From NCBI GenBank assembly GCA_965202665.1, contig OZ241841.1, forward strand, positions 736,001 through 800,000: DNA of 64,000 nt, read 5' to 3'. The stretch is from Candidatus Spongiisociaceae bacterium. GTDB lineage: Bacteria > Actinomycetota > Acidimicrobiia > Spongiisociales > Spongiisociaceae. A program made the translations under genes and the position numbers. Positions 18,868 to 28,084 of the stretch are shown piece after piece (the first letter of the stretch is position 1; each line of letters starts with the position of its first letter). The notes below the pieces were generated by a model that searched no databases, was not told the origin of the DNA, and worked only from the letters and a program-made list of their open reading frames with translations.

Positions 18868-20024
18868 CCGCGCTGCCCCTGCCCACCCGGGAGGGGACGG
18901 TGGAGGTTTACCGGCTGGGGGGAACGGAACCCATCCGGGCGGAGCCTTCGCCCCCTCCGACCAGCCGGGCGGCCTTGGCGGCCGCCCATGTGGTGGCCGA
19001 CCCGCTGGGCGACCCGGTGGGGGCGGAGGCGATCGACTGGGAGGCCACCATGGCCTTTCGCCGTTTCCTGTGGTCGGTCGGTTTGGGGGTGGCGGAGGCG
19101 ATGGACACCGCCGGGCGGGGAATGGGCCTGCCCCCGGCGGCGGTGCGCACCCTGTTGAGCCGTTCCCTGGCCGAAGCCCGGGCGGTCGGAGGGCGGGTGG
19201 CGTGCGGAATCAACACCGACGATCTGGAGGAGGCGGAATGGTCGCTGCCGGAGGCCGCCGGGGCCTATTTGGATCAGTTGGCCTTCGTCCAGGAACGGGG
19301 AGGGTCGGCGGTGATGATGGCCAGCCGGGCGGCGGCGGCCTGCGCGACGGGGGCGGAAGATTACGCCCGGTTGTATCAGCGGGTGTTGGAAGAAGCGGAC
19401 CGTCCGGTGATTTTGCATTGGCTGGGACCGATGTTCGATCCGGCTTTGACCGGGTATTGGGGGTCGGCGGATCCGCATGAGGCGATGGAGTCGTTGCTGG
19501 GGATCGTGTCCGACAACGCTCAAGTGGTAGAAGGGGTGAAAATTTCCATGCTGGACGAAGAGTTGGAGGTGGAGTTCCGGCGGCGGCTGCCGGAGGGGGT
19601 GCGTTGCTTCACCGGCGACGACTTCAACTTTCCGACCCTGATCGCCGGGGACGACAGGGGGCACAGCGACGCCCTGCTGGGGATTTTCGACGGCATCGCC
19701 CCGGCGGCGGCGGCCGCGTTGCGGGCCTTGGACGGGGGGGACGAGGCCGGGTTTCACCGAATTTTGGCCCCGACCGTTCCCCTGTCCCGCCATATTTTCC
19801 AGGCCCCTACTTTCCATTACAAGACCGGGCTGGTGTTTTTGGCCTTTCTGAACGGGCATCAGGACCATTTCCGGATGGTGGGCGGGCAGGAGGGGGCCCG
19901 TTCCATCGTCCACCTGGCCGAGTTGGTGCGGCTGGCGGACGCGGCCGGGTTGCTTTCCGACCCGGATTTGGCCGCCCGCCGCATGCGGCCGGTGCTGGCC
20001 TGCGCCGGGGTGGCGGACCGGTGA
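18864..20024 (+). CDS. DUF993 / dihydrodipicolinate-synthase-like protein
   Basis: AAAHVVADP, AEAMDTA, LHWLGPMFDPAL and TGDDFN motifs. Confidence 0.8.
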   Translation: MTALPLPTREGTVEVYRLGGTEPIRAEPSPPPTSRAALAAAHVVADPLGDPVGAEAIDWEATMAFRRFLWSVGLGVAEAMDTAGRGMGLPPAAVRTLLSRSLAEARAVGGRVACGINTDDLEEAEWSLPEAAGAYLDQLAFVQERGGSAVMMASRAAAACATGAEDYARLYQRVLEEADRPVILHWLGPMFDPALTGYWGSADPHEAMESLLGIVSDNAQVVEGVKISMLDEELEVEFRRRLPEGVRCFTGDDFNFPTLIAGDDRGHSDALLGIFDGIAPAAAAALRALDGGDEAGFHRILAPTVPLSRHIFQAPTFHYKTGLVFLAFLNGHQDHFRMVGGQEGARSIVHLAELVRLADAAGLLSDPDLAARRMRPVLACAGVADR

Positions 20025-20860
20025 CGGGCGGGGCGGACGGCATGGAACGGCTGAGCCTCAACCAGAAAACCACCGAGTTGTGGAGCGTGGCGGAGGCGGC
20101 GGCGGGGTGCGTACGGGCCGGGATAGGGTGGATCGGCTTGTGGCGGGAGCAGGTGCGGGCGGCGGGCGGGGCGGAGGCGGCGGGCCGGATAGTCCGGGAG
20201 GCCGGCCTGCGGACGTCGTCCTACTGCCGGGGGGGTTTTTTCACGGCTGACTCCGATGAAGGTTGGCGGCGGGCGGTGGAGGAAAACCGGCGGGTGGTGG
20301 AAGAGTCGGCGGCGATGGGCTGCGACACCGTGATTCTGGTGTGCGGGGGGGTTCGGGGTTCGGATCTGGACGGTTCCCGGCGGCAGGTGGAGGAGGGGAT
20401 TGCGGCGACGGCCCCCGCCGCGGCGGAAAGCGGGGTGCGTCTGGCTATTGAACCGTTGCATCCGATGTTCTGCGCCGACCGGTCGGTGATCGTCTCTTTG
20501 GAACAGTCGTTGGACATAGCCGAACGGTTTCCGGCGGAAACGGTGGGGGTGGCGGTGGACGTTTTCCATCTGTGGTGGGATCCGCGGGTGTGGGAGCAGA
20601 TCGAACGTGCCAGCGACCGGATTTTTTCCTACCAGGTGTGCGACTGGCTGGATCCGCTGCCCGATACGCTGCTGGGCCGGGGGATGATGGGCGACGGGGT
20701 GATAGATTTCCGCCGTTTCACGGAAGCGGTGGCCGCCGCCGGTTACACGGGCCCGGTGGAGGTGGAAATCTTCAACCAAGAAATCTGGAACCAACCCGGC
20801 GGCCAAGTGCTGGCCGAAATGGCGGACCGCTACCGCTCCCTGGTCGCCCCCTTTCTGTAA
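20021..20860 (+). CDS. Sugar phosphate isomerase/epimerase (xylose-isomerase-like TIM barrel)
   Basis: LAIEPLHPMFCADR, DVFHLWWD, GDGVID and EVEIF motifs. Confidence 0.85.
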   Translation: MTGGADGMERLSLNQKTTELWSVAEAAAGCVRAGIGWIGLWREQVRAAGGAEAAGRIVREAGLRTSSYCRGGFFTADSDEGWRRAVEENRRVVEESAAMGCDTVILVCGGVRGSDLDGSRRQVEEGIAATAPAAAESGVRLAIEPLHPMFCADRSVIVSLEQSLDIAERFPAETVGVAVDVFHLWWDPRVWEQIERASDRIFSYQVCDWLDPLPDTLLGRGMMGDGVIDFRRFTEAVAAAGYTGPVEVEIFNQEIWNQPGGQVLAEMADRYRSLVAPFL

Positions 20861-22141
20861 CTAGGGGAGTCGTTCTATCCGGGCCCCGAGGGCGGCGAGG
20901 CGGCCGTCGATGTTTTCATATCCCCGCTCGATCTGCTCCACGCGGTCGATGCGGCTTTGGCCTTCGGCGGCCAGGGCGGCTATCAGCAGGGCCATCCCCG
21001 CCCGGATGTCGGGGCTGGCCAGCGGGCTGGCCCGCAACGGGGTGGGGCCCAGCACCATCACCCGGTGCGGGTCGCACAGCACGACGCGGGCCCCCATCCC
21101 GATCAGGCGGTCCACGAAGAACATCCGCGATTCGAACATTTTCTCGTGAATCATTATGGAACCGGTGGCTTGGGTGGCGGCCACCACCGCGATGCTGGTC
21201 AGGTCGGCCGGGAAGGACGGCCACGGCCCGTCCTCAATTTTGGGCACCGCGTCCCCCAGGTCGGGGGAGACCATCAGGTTCTGATGAGCGCAGACCAGGG
21301 CGCTCCCGTCCGGTTGCAGGTGATAGTTGATGCCCAGGCGCTCCCAAGCCAAATCGATGGGCTTTATCTCATCGGGACGGATCCCCCCGATGGTGATTTC
21401 GGAGTCGGTTACGGCCGCCAGCACGATCATGCTGCCGATTTCGATATGGTCGGGGACGATTTCGTGTTCGCCGCCGCTCAACGACTCCACTCCTTCAACG
21501 GTGAGAATGTTGCTGCCGATGCCGGTGATGCGGGCCCCCAGGCTGTTGAGGAAATGACACAGGTCTTGAATGTGCGGCTCGCAGGCCGCGTTCTGAATGA
21601 CGGTGGTTCCCTTGGCTTTGGAGGCGGCCATAATCAGATTTTCGGTGGCGGTGACCGACGGTTCGTCCAAAAACACATCGGCGCCGAGGAGGGACTCCGC
21701 TTTGAAAGAATGTCCGTACGAGAAGTCGTAGCGGGCGCCGATGGCGGTCAGGCCGCGCACATGGGTGTCAATGCGACGGCGGCCGATCACATCCCCGCCG
21801 GGGGGCGGAATGGTTACTTCCCCAAACCGGGCCAGCAACGGTCCGGCCAGCAAAATGGAAGCCCGGATCACCCCCGCCAGCTTCGCCGACACCACCGGCG
21901 ATTCCACGTTCCCGGCGTCGATGACGATGGTCCCCCCGCCCCGGCGCTCCACCGTCGCCCCCATTTCTTCCAGAATGGCCAGCAAGGATTCCACATCCCC
22001 GATCATCGGCACGTTGCGCAAAGTGACCGGCCCCTCCGCCAGCAGGCAACCGGCGATAATGGGCAAGGCGGCGTTCTTGTTCCCCACCGGCTGAAAATGC
22101 CCGCTCAACCGAGCCGGCCCCTTAACCAAAAAACTAGACAT
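20861..22141 (-). CDS. murA: UDP-N-acetylglucosamine 1-carboxyvinyltransferase
   Basis: GNKNAALP, PGGDVIGRR (Asp at the fosfomycin-target Cys position), DIRAG and IERGYE. Confidence 0.95.
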   Translation of the reverse strand: MSSFLVKGPARLSGHFQPVGNKNAALPIIAGCLLAEGPVTLRNVPMIGDVESLLAILEEMGATVERRGGGTIVIDAGNVESPVVSAKLAGVIRASILLAGPLLARFGEVTIPPPGGDVIGRRRIDTHVRGLTAIGARYDFSYGHSFKAESLLGADVFLDEPSVTATENLIMAASKAKGTTVIQNAACEPHIQDLCHFLNSLGARITGIGSNILTVEGVESLSGGEHEIVPDHIEIGSMIVLAAVTDSEITIGGIRPDEIKPIDLAWERLGINYHLQPDGSALVCAHQNLMVSPDLGDAVPKIEDGPWPSFPADLTSIAVVAATQATGSIMIHEKMFESRMFFVDRLIGMGARVVLCDPHRVMVLGPTPLRASPLASPDIRAGMALLIAALAAEGQSRIDRVEQIERGYENIDGRLAALGARIERLP

Positions 22142-23976
22142 CAGCCACTCCCTAAGCCCAACTTGTCAGGATCCCATATTCTTTCACAAATCTGACGATA
22201 CAGGTCCTGACGTTCCTCTATATCAGACTTTGTAAAACCATCAGGATAAGGCTTAAATGGCAAACCGGTCTCCTCCATAAACCCACTAAAAGAAGGGTTA
22301 TTTTCATAAGCGAGTGGATGCAAAGATCGTGCCAATAAGTTCTGACTGTTATAGTGTTCTACCTTTTCTTCATATTTCTTTGCCCCATAACTCGCATTAA
22401 AATCCTTAGGTAGAAGGAGTAACGCCCCAAACCGGTTCCGGTAGCGAGCAAAGTCATCTGGGTTATCGAACTCATCCATATGTCGATCATATTTGTTCGC
22501 CCAAATGTGCTCCACCTCATATGGATTCTTGCGTTGCCAATCCACATACTCAGCAAATCTATCAGTATCTCCACACTCTGATTCAATCCAAGCAGTCATA
22601 CGGGATAACAAATATTTGATACGCGAGCGATTCTGACCATGAAGACCATAATCTTTCATAGTATCAAAAGAATCCGAAAGTTTAGCGACTTCCTCAGCCA
22701 AAATAACTCGTAAATTATTGGGCTCTTTATTACGGACATTCTTACTCAAAATAAACATATGGTAAACAATAGTCGAATAACCATAATTTCTATTATTGAC
22801 TATACGTCTTGCAATATAGAGATCAATATAACTAGCGACTAAACGAGTCTTTTGCTTAAAGATCTCTTCATCATCGTCTGGCGTAACAGTAGCTAAAATA
22901 GGTAGATATTGAAGAGTAATACCTACCGTGGCATTGTAAAATACATGCTCAAAGCCAGGTGTTAATGTCCAACTGGCCTTCAGGAGCTGTTTATAACGAT
23001 GACTCATTTGCACAAAATCACGGTTGATAAAACTCTTATAGTCGCTGGAATGATGAAGTCCTATCCTTTCATTATTATCCCGAACCCACTTGTGGAAGGC
23101 AGTACCAATGATATCAAAATCGCCCGAAACTGCATCCTTTTTACGTTCCCGAATAGTATCAGCATATTGCCCTCGAAGCCAATGCTTTAGAAAATCTGAG
23201 TCTGCATTCTTGTCAAGATCAGATAATTCAGTAATACGGTTACGCCATATCTGATTGGCTTTCTCAATTTGCTGAGAATCCTCAATTCTATTCAATAAAA
23301 GTCCCTTTAACATATCCGTATTAGATAAACGCATGCCGCGGTCATTCATAGTTTCAAATACTTCCAAAGCCATTTCCTGATCAGCTGTACCAATTTCCAC
23401 TAATACAACCATCTCTAGTAGCCAATCAATAAAATATGCTAGAGGTTCACCCTTTAGTTCTTCGGGAAAATGCTCCACTATATTCTGAGATTGCTCCCAA
23501 ATATTACGAATGGATTGGGGTTTTCCATCAGAATCAAAGAATGAAGAGCCATCCAAAATAGCAAACATAACTTCTTTACGCTCATCCACATCTATATTGA
23601 ACGTACGAGATCCAAACCGCTGTGAATAAACAAAGTTCTTCACACTTTCCGTATCTTCCGCCTCTTTAGACAAGTGCTCAAGATGGATTAACAGCAAGGT
23701 TAATGTTGTAAGCCGCTGTTGTCCATCTATTATATAACGAGTTCCTTCAGAGAGATTGGTAATTATTGGTCCGAGGAAGTAGTAACGATAAGAAGCGACC
23801 TTGTGCCTCTCATCATCCTTCACATATTCGCCCAGAAAACGGGTAGCGAGATCATCCAGCAACTCAACCACATTGGACTCCGTCCAAGTGTATTCACGCT
23901 GGTAGTACTCTATTCCATACTTACGGCCCGTGAACAACTCACGCAAAGTCCTCACCGTACCATCTAAATCCGACAT
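22141..23976 (-). CDS. DUF262 + DUF1524 protein (GmrSD/SspE-like modification-dependent restriction endonuclease)
   Basis: YQREYTW, IDGQQRLTT, FETMNDRG and a C-terminal EHI...GALLLL...N HNH-like motif; markedly AT-rich. Confidence 0.85.
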   Translation of the reverse strand: MSDLDGTVRTLRELFTGRKYGIEYYQREYTWTESNVVELLDDLATRFLGEYVKDDERHKVASYRYYFLGPIITNLSEGTRYIIDGQQRLTTLTLLLIHLEHLSKEAEDTESVKNFVYSQRFGSRTFNIDVDERKEVMFAILDGSSFFDSDGKPQSIRNIWEQSQNIVEHFPEELKGEPLAYFIDWLLEMVVLVEIGTADQEMALEVFETMNDRGMRLSNTDMLKGLLLNRIEDSQQIEKANQIWRNRITELSDLDKNADSDFLKHWLRGQYADTIRERKKDAVSGDFDIIGTAFHKWVRDNNERIGLHHSSDYKSFINRDFVQMSHRYKQLLKASWTLTPGFEHVFYNATVGITLQYLPILATVTPDDDEEIFKQKTRLVASYIDLYIARRIVNNRNYGYSTIVYHMFILSKNVRNKEPNNLRVILAEEVAKLSDSFDTMKDYGLHGQNRSRIKYLLSRMTAWIESECGDTDRFAEYVDWQRKNPYEVEHIWANKYDRHMDEFDNPDDFARYRNRFGALLLLPKDFNASYGAKKYEEKVEHYNSQNLLARSLHPLAYENNPSFSGFMEETGLPFKPYPDGFTKSDIEERQDLYRQICERIWDPDKLGLGSG

Positions 23977-23983
23977 AATCTAC

Positions 23984-25336
23984 CTATCGAAACAGAACTT
24001 CCAAGTCATCAGGATTATGATCGAAGTATTTCAATAAATACCTGGCGAACTCTGGAATCTTTTTCCCCCCCCAAGTAGAAACAAAATATTTTGAGTTTCC
24101 AATTCTTCGGGGGTTCCTCACCTCTGCCTCGTTGTTCGATATTAGCACCCTACCTCCGCTAGATGCAATTTGCCCAAATTCATTTGAGTAAATTGCATGT
24201 AAATATTTAGCTACATTTTCCATAACATCCGCCCAATATTTAATATTCATACCCTCACCAGCCAACAGCATACCTGTAGGTTTACTAGTTAGTTGATTGA
24301 CTAGTTGTGAAGATCTCGTCCTTATCTTTAAATCTGAACGATGGTAACCAAAATGCTCTAGTAATCGATAAGAATCCTCTATTAGATGCTTTGCCGCCTT
24401 TTTGATCTTGAAATAAATATCTGTGGATCCAGCTCGATAATAGTCTCTAGACTGCTTTCGATCAAGATTACGTTTAATGCTTCCGATTGTGGTTATTGTA
24501 TCAAAAGCAGTCTCGTTTCTAGCAACAAGACCATCTATAACGCATCTAAGCACATCTGTATTGCTCCGAACGGATTGCTCTTTTCCCCATAAACTTATTT
24601 TAGATGGTTTAGAAAAACTTTGCAAGGGTTTATCCTTTTTAGTTCCAGATTCATGAGTCCGTGGTAAACTTGTTACCGGAGATACTGAGGTTCCTATGAG
24701 GACAGAAGTTACTTGTTTGCTGGTGGGACGGAGATTAGTTTTTTCATATACGCGTTTGCTTACCAGTTCAATCAGCTCCTCGTCGTGGTCGGTTAGCATC
24801 CCGCGCCAGATGGCGGGGACCTCTTTGTCCAAGTGTTCGGCCTCCCGGCGGGCTTTTAGGACCTGCTTGGCCTTTTTCACCGCCTCTCCGTTCACTAGCG
24901 GCTCTCGTCCGAGGAAGGCCTCGAAATCCACAGCCAACTGCTCTACTGGGTCTTTTTTGAGACGCAACTCGGCGAAACGGCGCTCTGGGAACAGATAATC
25001 CGTCTCAGCTGGCAGGTACAGCCACCACTCCAAGCCGGTAGTCAACGCGCAAATGTTCGCCCCCTCTTGGAAGGCGTAGTTGAGGACCTGCTCAACATGA
25101 TCGTCCAAGCTATGGCCGGGAGCCTTCGCTTCGATGAAAGCGGCTACCCCCCTTGGCCCTTTCAAGGCGGCATCCACCCGGCCTTTGCTCCGGCCCACCG
25201 AGTACTCCCAATGGACGTCGTAGGTCTGCCAGCCCAAGTCCTGCAGAATGGGCACCAGAATCCACATCTTGGCCGTCTCTTCGTTGGCTGGTGCAGATAG
25301 CGTGCGGATGGTTTCCAGAGTTTCGCGGAGGGGCAT
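23984..25336 (-). CDS. HsdR-N-terminal-like PD-(D/E)XK nuclease with two tandem C-terminal DNA-binding-like domains
   Basis: NEETAK..ILQDLGW..EY..VDAAL..IEAK..QVLNYA..LTTGLEW; duplicated SKP...LLxxF..xxDL C-terminal module. Confidence 0.7.
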   Translation of the reverse strand: MPLRETLETIRTLSAPANEETAKMWILVPILQDLGWQTYDVHWEYSVGRSKGRVDAALKGPRGVAAFIEAKAPGHSLDDHVEQVLNYAFQEGANICALTTGLEWWLYLPAETDYLFPERRFAELRLKKDPVEQLAVDFEAFLGREPLVNGEAVKKAKQVLKARREAEHLDKEVPAIWRGMLTDHDEELIELVSKRVYEKTNLRPTSKQVTSVLIGTSVSPVTSLPRTHESGTKKDKPLQSFSKPSKISLWGKEQSVRSNTDVLRCVIDGLVARNETAFDTITTIGSIKRNLDRKQSRDYYRAGSTDIYFKIKKAAKHLIEDSYRLLEHFGYHRSDLKIRTRSSQLVNQLTSKPTGMLLAGEGMNIKYWADVMENVAKYLHAIYSNEFGQIASSGGRVLISNNEAEVRNPRRIGNSKYFVSTWGGKKIPEFARYLLKYFDHNPDDLEVLFR

Positions 25337-25413
25337 CTTGCCTCGGTTTGGGTTGCTGGGAATAGTGTAGCAGTTCCCCGGTAGGCGGGCGGGTGGTTTA
25401 GGCTTGGGTTGCT

Positions 25414-27180
25414 ATGAGCGTAATGTCCGATCTCAGCGCCGCCCTGGGGGCCGCGTTCGCCGAGTTGGGGTTTGACCCGGCGTACGGGTCGACGGTGGCC
25501 TCCAACCGGCCCGACTTGGGGCAGTTCCAATGCAACGGGGCCCTGCCCGCCGCCAAAACCGCCGGGCGCAACCCCCGGGAAGTGGCCGAACAGGTCGTAA
25601 CCCGCCTCGCCGGCGACCACCGGCTGGCGGAAGCGTCCGTGGCCGGGCCGGGTTTCATCAACCTGGCGCTCACCGACGCCGCCCTGGCCAAATATGCGAA
25701 CCGGTTGGCGGCCGACCCGGAGCGGGTGGGGGCGCCGCTGGTGGAAACGCCCCTCAGCGTGGTAGTGGACTACGCCGGGCCCAACGTGGCCAAAGCCATG
25801 CACGTCGGGCACCTGCGCTCCACCATCATCGGCGACAGCCTGAAACGGCTGTTCCGCTTCCAAGGGCATCGGGTGTGGGGGGACGCCCACTTCGGGGACT
25901 GGGGACTGCAGATGGGGATGTTGATCGTGGCCGCCCGGCAACGGCTCCCCCATCTCCCCTACTTCGACCCCGGCAGCTCCGGCCCCTACCCCGCCGAACC
26001 CCCGGTCGCCCTGGCCGACCTGCAGGAATGGTATCCGCAAATAGCCGCCGCCGTGGAACAGGACGAGGAAACGGCGGACGCCGCCCGGCAGGCCACCGGC
26101 GAACTGCAGGCGGGCCGCCCCGGGTACCTGGCCCTGTGGAAACATTTCGTGGAAGTGTCCCGCCGCTCCCAGAAACAGGACTTCGCCGACCTGGGCGTGG
26201 AATTCGACCTGTGGTACGGGGAAAGCGATGTGCGGGACCGCCTCGCCCCCCTGGTGGAACGCGCCTTGGGCGAAGGGGCCGTCCGGGAACCCGACGGGGC
26301 GGTGGTCATAGAAGTGTCGGAACTGGACGACAAAACCGAAATCCCCCCGCTGGTCATCCAAACCTCGCGCGGGGCCTACCTCTACTCCACCACCGACTTG
26401 GCCACCATCGGGCATCGCACCGAAGAGTTGGGGGCCGACCTGATCCTGTACGTGGTGGACGCCCGCCAGTCCCACCATTTCACCCAAGTGTTCCGGGCGG
26501 CCCGCCGCATCGGGATGGCGGGCCGAACCCGAATGGAGCACATCCCGTTCGGGACGATGAACGGCAAAAACGGCAAGCCGTACAAAACCAGGACCGGGGA
26601 GGTGCTGGCCTTGCAGGACCTTATCCAACTGGTGGCCGATGAAGCCCGCCGCCGCCTGGACGAATCGGACTTGGCAGCCGGCTACCCGCCTGCGGAAAGA
26701 GACGAAATCGCCCGCCAGGTCGGTTTGGCCGCCCTCAAATTCGGGGACTTGATCAATAACCGGGCCTCCAACTACATTTTCCAACCGAAGCGGTTCACTT
26801 CCCTGGAAGGCAAAACGGGCCCCTACCTGCAGATGGCAGCGGTGCGGATGGCCTCCATCCTGGCCAAAGCGGCCGACCGCGACCTGGAGGCGGGAACCGT
26901 AACCGCCCCCGCCGTCGACCCGGAACGGCGCCTGTGGCTGCATCTGCTGGCCCTGCCGGAAACCATCAACCGGGCGGCGGAACTGCGGGCCCCCAACCAA
27001 ATAGCCGAATACGCCTACGACCTGGCCGCCCTGTTCAGCTCCTTCTACGAAACCTGCCACATACTGACCGAACCCGACCCGGAGCAACGCGCCTCCTGGC
27101 TGAGCCTGACATCCGTCGTCCGCCGCGCCCTGGAACTGTTGCTGGACCTGCTGGGAATCGAAATACCCGCCCGGATGTAA
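25414..27180 (+). CDS. argS: Arginine--tRNA ligase
   Basis: PNVAKAMHVGHLRSTIIG, GDWGLQMG, EGKTGPYLQ and C-terminal LLGIEIPARM. Confidence 0.95.
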   Translation: MSVMSDLSAALGAAFAELGFDPAYGSTVASNRPDLGQFQCNGALPAAKTAGRNPREVAEQVVTRLAGDHRLAEASVAGPGFINLALTDAALAKYANRLAADPERVGAPLVETPLSVVVDYAGPNVAKAMHVGHLRSTIIGDSLKRLFRFQGHRVWGDAHFGDWGLQMGMLIVAARQRLPHLPYFDPGSSGPYPAEPPVALADLQEWYPQIAAAVEQDEETADAARQATGELQAGRPGYLALWKHFVEVSRRSQKQDFADLGVEFDLWYGESDVRDRLAPLVERALGEGAVREPDGAVVIEVSELDDKTEIPPLVIQTSRGAYLYSTTDLATIGHRTEELGADLILYVVDARQSHHFTQVFRAARRIGMAGRTRMEHIPFGTMNGKNGKPYKTRTGEVLALQDLIQLVADEARRRLDESDLAAGYPPAERDEIARQVGLAALKFGDLINNRASNYIFQPKRFTSLEGKTGPYLQMAAVRMASILAKAADRDLEAGTVTAPAVDPERRLWLHLLALPETINRAAELRAPNQIAEYAYDLAALFSSFYETCHILTEPDPEQRASWLSLTSVVRRALELLLDLLGIEIPARM

Positions 27181-27195
27181 CCATCCGCCCAGCCG

Positions 27196-27858
27196 TCACG
27201 CCCACTCCGGCGGACGGCGATATTCCTGCCCATTATCCCCCGTCACCACCTCCGGCAACTGCGATCTCCCAAAAGCGCCCTTGGGAAAATGAGCCACGCC
27301 CGAAGCCGCTTTTTTTAAAGTAGCCACCTGCCGGCCGGGAGGAGGAGTGACGATCACCTCCTTCCCCAACCTGCCCACCACATGCTTCACCGCTGGTACA
27401 AAGTCGGCGTCGCCGCTCATCAAAAACGCTTTTTCGTATAACCCCTCATACGCATCGGCCACCATGTTTACGCCGAGAGCGACGTCGGTCATCTTCTCCT
27501 GGGTGCGTCTATCCGGGCGTTTGTACTCCAGGCAACGGAGTATGTCACCGCAGTACGAGCAGTGCTGAGGCGCCCTCATGGCGAACTTTCCGTAAATCAC
27601 CTCCACACCCGCGTGCGAGGTAAGAGCTCCCAGGTAGATTGCCTGGCGAGTGTTCGAGTCTTGGGGTCCGCGCCGCCTGGCAGTGAAATACTTAACCGCC
27701 GCCAGAACTTCTCCCGGTTCCAGGAGCTTGGCGAACAACGCCCGCAAATCAAGCCAGAAGAACCTTCGCCAGCCTTTGGACTTCAATCCGTAGTAGACGT
27801 TGTACCCATCCACGTACCCGACAACAGGGGATGGACTTGACAGGTTTGTATTGGTCAT
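27196..27858 (-). CDS. NYN domain (LabA/DUF88, PIN-like) ribonuclease
   Basis: YVDGYNVYYG, EKMTDV and SGDADFVP catalytic acidic motifs; TAAGGAG RBS. Confidence 0.85.
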   Translation of the reverse strand: MTNTNLSSPSPVVGYVDGYNVYYGLKSKGWRRFFWLDLRALFAKLLEPGEVLAAVKYFTARRRGPQDSNTRQAIYLGALTSHAGVEVIYGKFAMRAPQHCSYCGDILRCLEYKRPDRRTQEKMTDVALGVNMVADAYEGLYEKAFLMSGDADFVPAVKHVVGRLGKEVIVTPPPGRQVATLKKAASGVAHFPKGAFGRSQLPEVVTGDNGQEYRRPPEWA

Positions 27859-28055
27859 CTATGCTTCTCCTTAGAACTGCGCCATAGGTATATCCTGTGG
27901 TCAAAACGGCCCGCCATTCGTGGCGGGTCGTTTCTATGTGGGGTCGCACCAACCTTGGCCTCAAAGCCGCCGCAACGGTTCCGGGCCGGGATGTAACCTT
28001 CTTGTGACCCCTTGCGCTTGATTATAGGGTCGGACCAGGTCATACCTGGTACACC
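27859..28055 (-). ncRNA. Putative structured leader/sRNA upstream of the NYN gene (copy 1)
   Basis: Minus strand: TATAAT at 28026-28021, GGGGTC...GACCCC closing stem, terminator-like hairpin 27903-27933, second hairpin 27882-27900, palindrome ACCAGGT-CAT-ACCTGGT near 28035. Confidence 0.55.
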
Positions 28056-28084
28056 GCGACAGAGCACGGTCGGGCGTAAGCGGG

